From: Trueperaceae bacterium
GTDB lineage: Bacteria; Deinococcota; Deinococci; Deinococcales; Trueperaceae
DNA length: 64,000 bases
Assembly (NCBI GenBank): GCA_965213925.1
Contig: OZ243927.1
Span: forward strand, 768,001-832,000
Direction: 5' to 3'
In this document: one piece after another, positions 60,928-64,000 of the stretch
Layout: each line of letters starts with the position of its first letter
Numbering within the stretch: the stretch's first letter is position 1
Notes under the pieces: model-generated
What the model was told of the DNA's origin: nothing
Databases searched by the model: none
What the model saw: only the letters and a program-made list of their open reading frames with translations
Program-made: the position numbers and the translations under genes

Positions 60928-62601
60928 TCAGGTCAGACGGTGAAGCGTTTCTAATCCCAACGCTACCCGCTGCCCCAAGTTGAACTGAATCACCCGCTGA
61001 CCCACCGCCTCGAGCGCCTCTTTGTCCCCCAACGCCTGCGCCTTTTTGAGCACGTAAAAGGACACAGGAGCGCCCGCCCCGCCAGGAATAAGCGCGTTTC
61101 GCAGCGGCTCGGACACGAGTTGCACGATATGCCCGTTACGTTTGCCCCCCTTTTGCAACTGCCCCGTACTGTGCAAATAGTGCGGCCCAAACGCGCAGGT
61201 GACCGCGCACCCAAAACGCTCGCGCAGGGCCGCGCGAAGCCGGCCCAACTCCGCGCTCACCTCAACAGAGGGGGGCAAGTAGGCTTGCAACGCGATGTAG
61301 TCGCCCGGTTTCACCTTGGCAAGAAACCTTAGCAAAGCCTCGGCAGAGACGGCGGACGCCCCATCCGGCAAGCTATGAACCGCGTCGTAGTGCGCCATAA
61401 ACTCTCTTGTACGGGCATCGGCGGTTGCCACGTCCGGCTGGGCGAAGGGGTTGACGCCGAGGTGATAGGCGGCGACCGCCGCCCCGAACTGCCACACGAA
61501 GAGCTGTTCGGCCACGCTGTAGCCGTCGGGTAGCGCTACGTGCATGACAGGCTGCCCCACGGCCTCCAGCACTGCAAGAGGGGGCTCAAAAGAGGTGTCG
61601 TCGCCAAGCTGTAAGTGAACGAACACGCGGTCGCCGCCGTAAAGCTCGGGCGTGCCCAGCGGCTCCCCCAGCACCGGCACGAGGCCCACGCCCGCCTTGC
61701 CGGTAGCTTCAGCCAAGAGGCGCTCGAGCCACGCGCCCAGCCCCGCGAGCGCGTCGGGCAGCACGAACGTCACCTTGTCGCGCCCCGCTTTCGCCAAGGT
61801 GCCCAGCACGGCCCCGAGCCACACGCCAGCGTTGTTGGGCGTGAGGTCGGCGGCGCAGGCGGCGGCCCCGGCGAGCGCGTAGGTGCGCAGCTTCGGCAAG
61901 TCCACCCCGGCGAGCGCCGCCGGGAGGAGTCCGCAGAGCGACAGCGCCGCGTAGCAGCCGGGGACGTTAGCGTCGTTCAAAAAGGCTGCCCGGAAGCGGT
62001 GCTGCTCAGCGAGCGCCGCCAGCGGGTCGCCGGGGTTGCAAATAGCGACAAAGCGGTTTCCCGCTCCCGTACCCAGCTCGGCCACAACGCGGTTGTAAAA
62101 AAACTTGAAAAGCGCGTGCGTCTCTGTTGCTCCGCCTGACTTGTCTGCAACGATGATGAGTGTGGTCGGGTCGAGGTCACGCGCCCGCGCCATTACCGCG
62201 TCCGCGTCGGTACTCGCCAACGCGTCAAGCTGCAAGTAACCCTCGGCTGAGCCGAAGGTGGTGCTGACGAGCTCGAGCGCCAGGTAGGGCGCGCCCACCC
62301 CAAGGAGCAGCGCGCGCCCAAAGCCGCCTGCGCGCACCTCGTCGGCGAAGGTTGTCAGAGGCGCGGAGGCGGCGTTCATCCCTTCGGGCGCGTCCAGCCA
62401 CCCGAGGTTTGCGGGTTGGGTGACGCCGGGCCACAGCGTCACGTCACGGTCCCAGATACGCCGCGCCACCTCGTCTTTTGCAGCCTTCTCGAGCGCCGCC
62501 GCTACCCGTGGAGCGTAGCGACCGAGCGCAGCGCGGTAGCGCGGTATCTCCTCAGAAGCTTTTTCTCGCTTAAACTCCACCGATGTACCTTTCTTAGCCA
62601 C
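60928..62601 (-). CDS. Glucose-6-phosphate isomerase-like protein (Tal-Pgi PGI-domain type), degenerate active site
   Basis: LGWL, KSGG, GRDKVT, TGK.G.G, NPF.QPDV, FGP.YLHSTGQ..KGG, AQALGD. Confidence 0.8.
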   Translation of the reverse strand: MAKKGTSVEFKREKASEEIPRYRAALGRYAPRVAAALEKAAKDEVARRIWDRDVTLWPGVTQPANLGWLDAPEGMNAASAPLTTFADEVRAGGFGRALLLGVGAPYLALELVSTTFGSAEGYLQLDALASTDADAVMARARDLDPTTLIIVADKSGGATETHALFKFFYNRVVAELGTGAGNRFVAICNPGDPLAALAEQHRFRAAFLNDANVPGCYAALSLCGLLPAALAGVDLPKLRTYALAGAAACAADLTPNNAGVWLGAVLGTLAKAGRDKVTFVLPDALAGLGAWLERLLAEATGKAGVGLVPVLGEPLGTPELYGGDRVFVHLQLGDDTSFEPPLAVLEAVGQPVMHVALPDGYSVAEQLFVWQFGAAVAAYHLGVNPFAQPDVATADARTREFMAHYDAVHSLPDGASAVSAEALLRFLAKVKPGDYIALQAYLPPSVEVSAELGRLRAALRERFGCAVTCAFGPHYLHSTGQLQKGGKRNGHIVQLVSEPLRNALIPGGAGAPVSFYVLKKAQALGDKEALEAVGQRVIQFNLGQRVALGLETLHRLT

Positions 62602-62862
62602 CGCAGTCCTTAGCTACCAAAGCCGCCGCACTGGAAGCGCGTATCCTGCACCTTAGAACGTGTAAAGTGGGGCGTCTTGAATGTTCTTGCGAAGTTACGC
62701 CCGGTAAGTCGGAGGTCTGTGGGCCGTGGTCGGGTCATCGCTGTGTCTGCAGAGCGTCTGCCTCAGCTTGATGCGAACCTTGTGGAAGGTAAAATAAAGC
62801 TATGCAGCCCTCTAAACCTGAAGCAGCGTCGCGGCCCGAACAACTCCTGACGTGGCTAGGAC

Positions 62863-64000
62863 ATGACTAACGACGTCACCGGGGACGTGCGTCTGCGCAC
62901 GCTCGGCGGTCTCGCGCTCGAGGGCTGCGACTTCGGGCGCACTAAGCCGCTCCTTTTGCTCAGCTACTTGTGCCTCGAGGGGAAAAAGAAGCGACGGCAC
63001 CTCTCAGAGCTGTTCTGGCCGAACGCGAAGGACCCTCTGGCGAGCCTCTCGACGGACCTTTCGCGGCTGCGTAAAAGTTGCGCAGAGGTGGTCGGGGCCG
63101 ACGACGCTTACGTTTGGACCACACTAGCAACTGACGCGGGCGCGCTGCTCGCGGCGTCGGAGCGCGGCGACTTTGCGCGGGCAGTCGAAGCTTACGAGGG
63201 ACCGTTCTTAAGTGGTGCTCACCTGAACGATTGGCCCGTGGAGCTAGAAACGTGGCTTTACAACACCCGCGAGTTTTTGGCCGAGCGCGTCTGCGAAGCG
63301 CACGTGCAGCTCGGCGAGGCGGCGACCAAGGCGGGCGACTTTAGGGAGGGCGCGCGGCACGCCGAGCGGGCCTGCACGGTGCCGGGCCTTGGCGGGCTCG
63401 CGCCAGAAATCATGCCGCGCGTCCACGCGCTCCTCGTCGCGGGCAGTCACCCTCACGCCAAAGACTTAAGGCGACTCGCCTTAGACTTCGGCGTCACCTT
63501 GACGCTCGAGCCCGCCGAGGCCAGGAAACGCCTGCGCCCCGCCTCTCGCTTGCTACCCAGCCAAGGCACCTCGTTCGTCGGGCGGGAGGCGGAACTGGAG
63601 AGAATAGAAGAGGTGCTCGGCAGGGGTCGGGAACGCCTGTTGAGCCTTGTCGGGCTGGCCGGGATGGGCAAAACGCGCCTCGCGGTCGAGGCGGCCAACC
63701 GGATGATTGGGCAGGGACTTTTTCGGGACGGCATCCATTGGGTCGCGCTCGAGTCGCTCGCTTCGGCTACGGGGCTTCCTTACCACGTCGCCGACACTGT
63801 CGGTGCCGAACTCAAAGGAAACGCTGCCCCTGCCCAGGTCATCGCCGAAAGAATCGGCGACGGGCGGGTCCTGCTCGTTCTCGACAACTTTGAACACCTC
63901 ATGGACGCGGCCCTACTCTTGCCCGAGCTGCTTGGCCGTTGCCCCAACCTCAAGCTGCTGGTCACCTCGCGGGAGCGCCTAAACCTCGCCGAGGAGTTTG
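62863..64000 (+). CDS. Second AfsR/SARP-like STAND regulator (runs off the right edge)
   Basis: MTNDV...RTKPLLLLSYLCLEG, SFVGRE, GLAGMGKT, LDNFEH, VTSRERL; open to 64000. Confidence 0.88.
   Translation, partial: MTNDVTGDVRLRTLGGLALEGCDFGRTKPLLLLSYLCLEGKKKRRHLSELFWPNAKDPLASLSTDLSRLRKSCAEVVGADDAYVWTTLATDAGALLAASERGDFARAVEAYEGPFLSGAHLNDWPVELETWLYNTREFLAERVCEAHVQLGEAATKAGDFREGARHAERACTVPGLGGLAPEIMPRVHALLVAGSHPHAKDLRRLALDFGVTLTLEPAEARKRLRPASRLLPSQGTSFVGREAELERIEEVLGRGRERLLSLVGLAGMGKTRLAVEAANRMIGQGLFRDGIHWVALESLASATGLPYHVADTVGAELKGNAAPAQVIAERIGDGRVLLVLDNFEHLMDAALLLPELLGRCPNLKLLVTSRERLNLAEEF

Overview
GC-rich bacterial window, most likely Deinococcota (Truepera-like); the taxon is inferred from gene content and protein style only. 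Bases 1-26.9 kb are ordinary core chromosome: sufBC, a Ser/Thr kinase, ribD, ndh, split serine dehydratase, HU, plsC, uvrA, comEA/comEC, sodA, a ynjF/TVP38/flavoprotein operon, Crp/Fnr and NUDIX. Intergenic gaps there carry heptamer hairpins and MITE/REP-like elements. From about 27.0 to 58.1 kb is an accessory island with no intact integrase. It is bracketed by two overlapping, partly identical fragments of one large STAND-like NTPase pseudogene, a ~490-bp direct repeat with 362 bp identical. It holds small stress/detox modules (VOC, DinB, HxlR plus acyl-CoA dehydrogenase, GNAT-like, ABC pair, WYL plus SDR, MBL hydrolases, VKOR, VapBC) and decayed IS elements. The most unusual signal is non-coding. 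A 23-bp motif occurs in alternating orientation at module boundaries, and five diverged 102-103-bp inverted-repeat units sit 9-10 nt from it or directly in tandem, flanked by ATAA/TTAT in a dif-like 11-6-11 context. This may be an undescribed cassette or site-specific recombination system, or a site-specific MITE family. Other candidates are a double-hotdog enzyme paired with a membrane GGDEF-EAL protein, and an intact but catalytically degenerate PGI-like protein between two SARP-STAND regulators. All alignments were done by eye.
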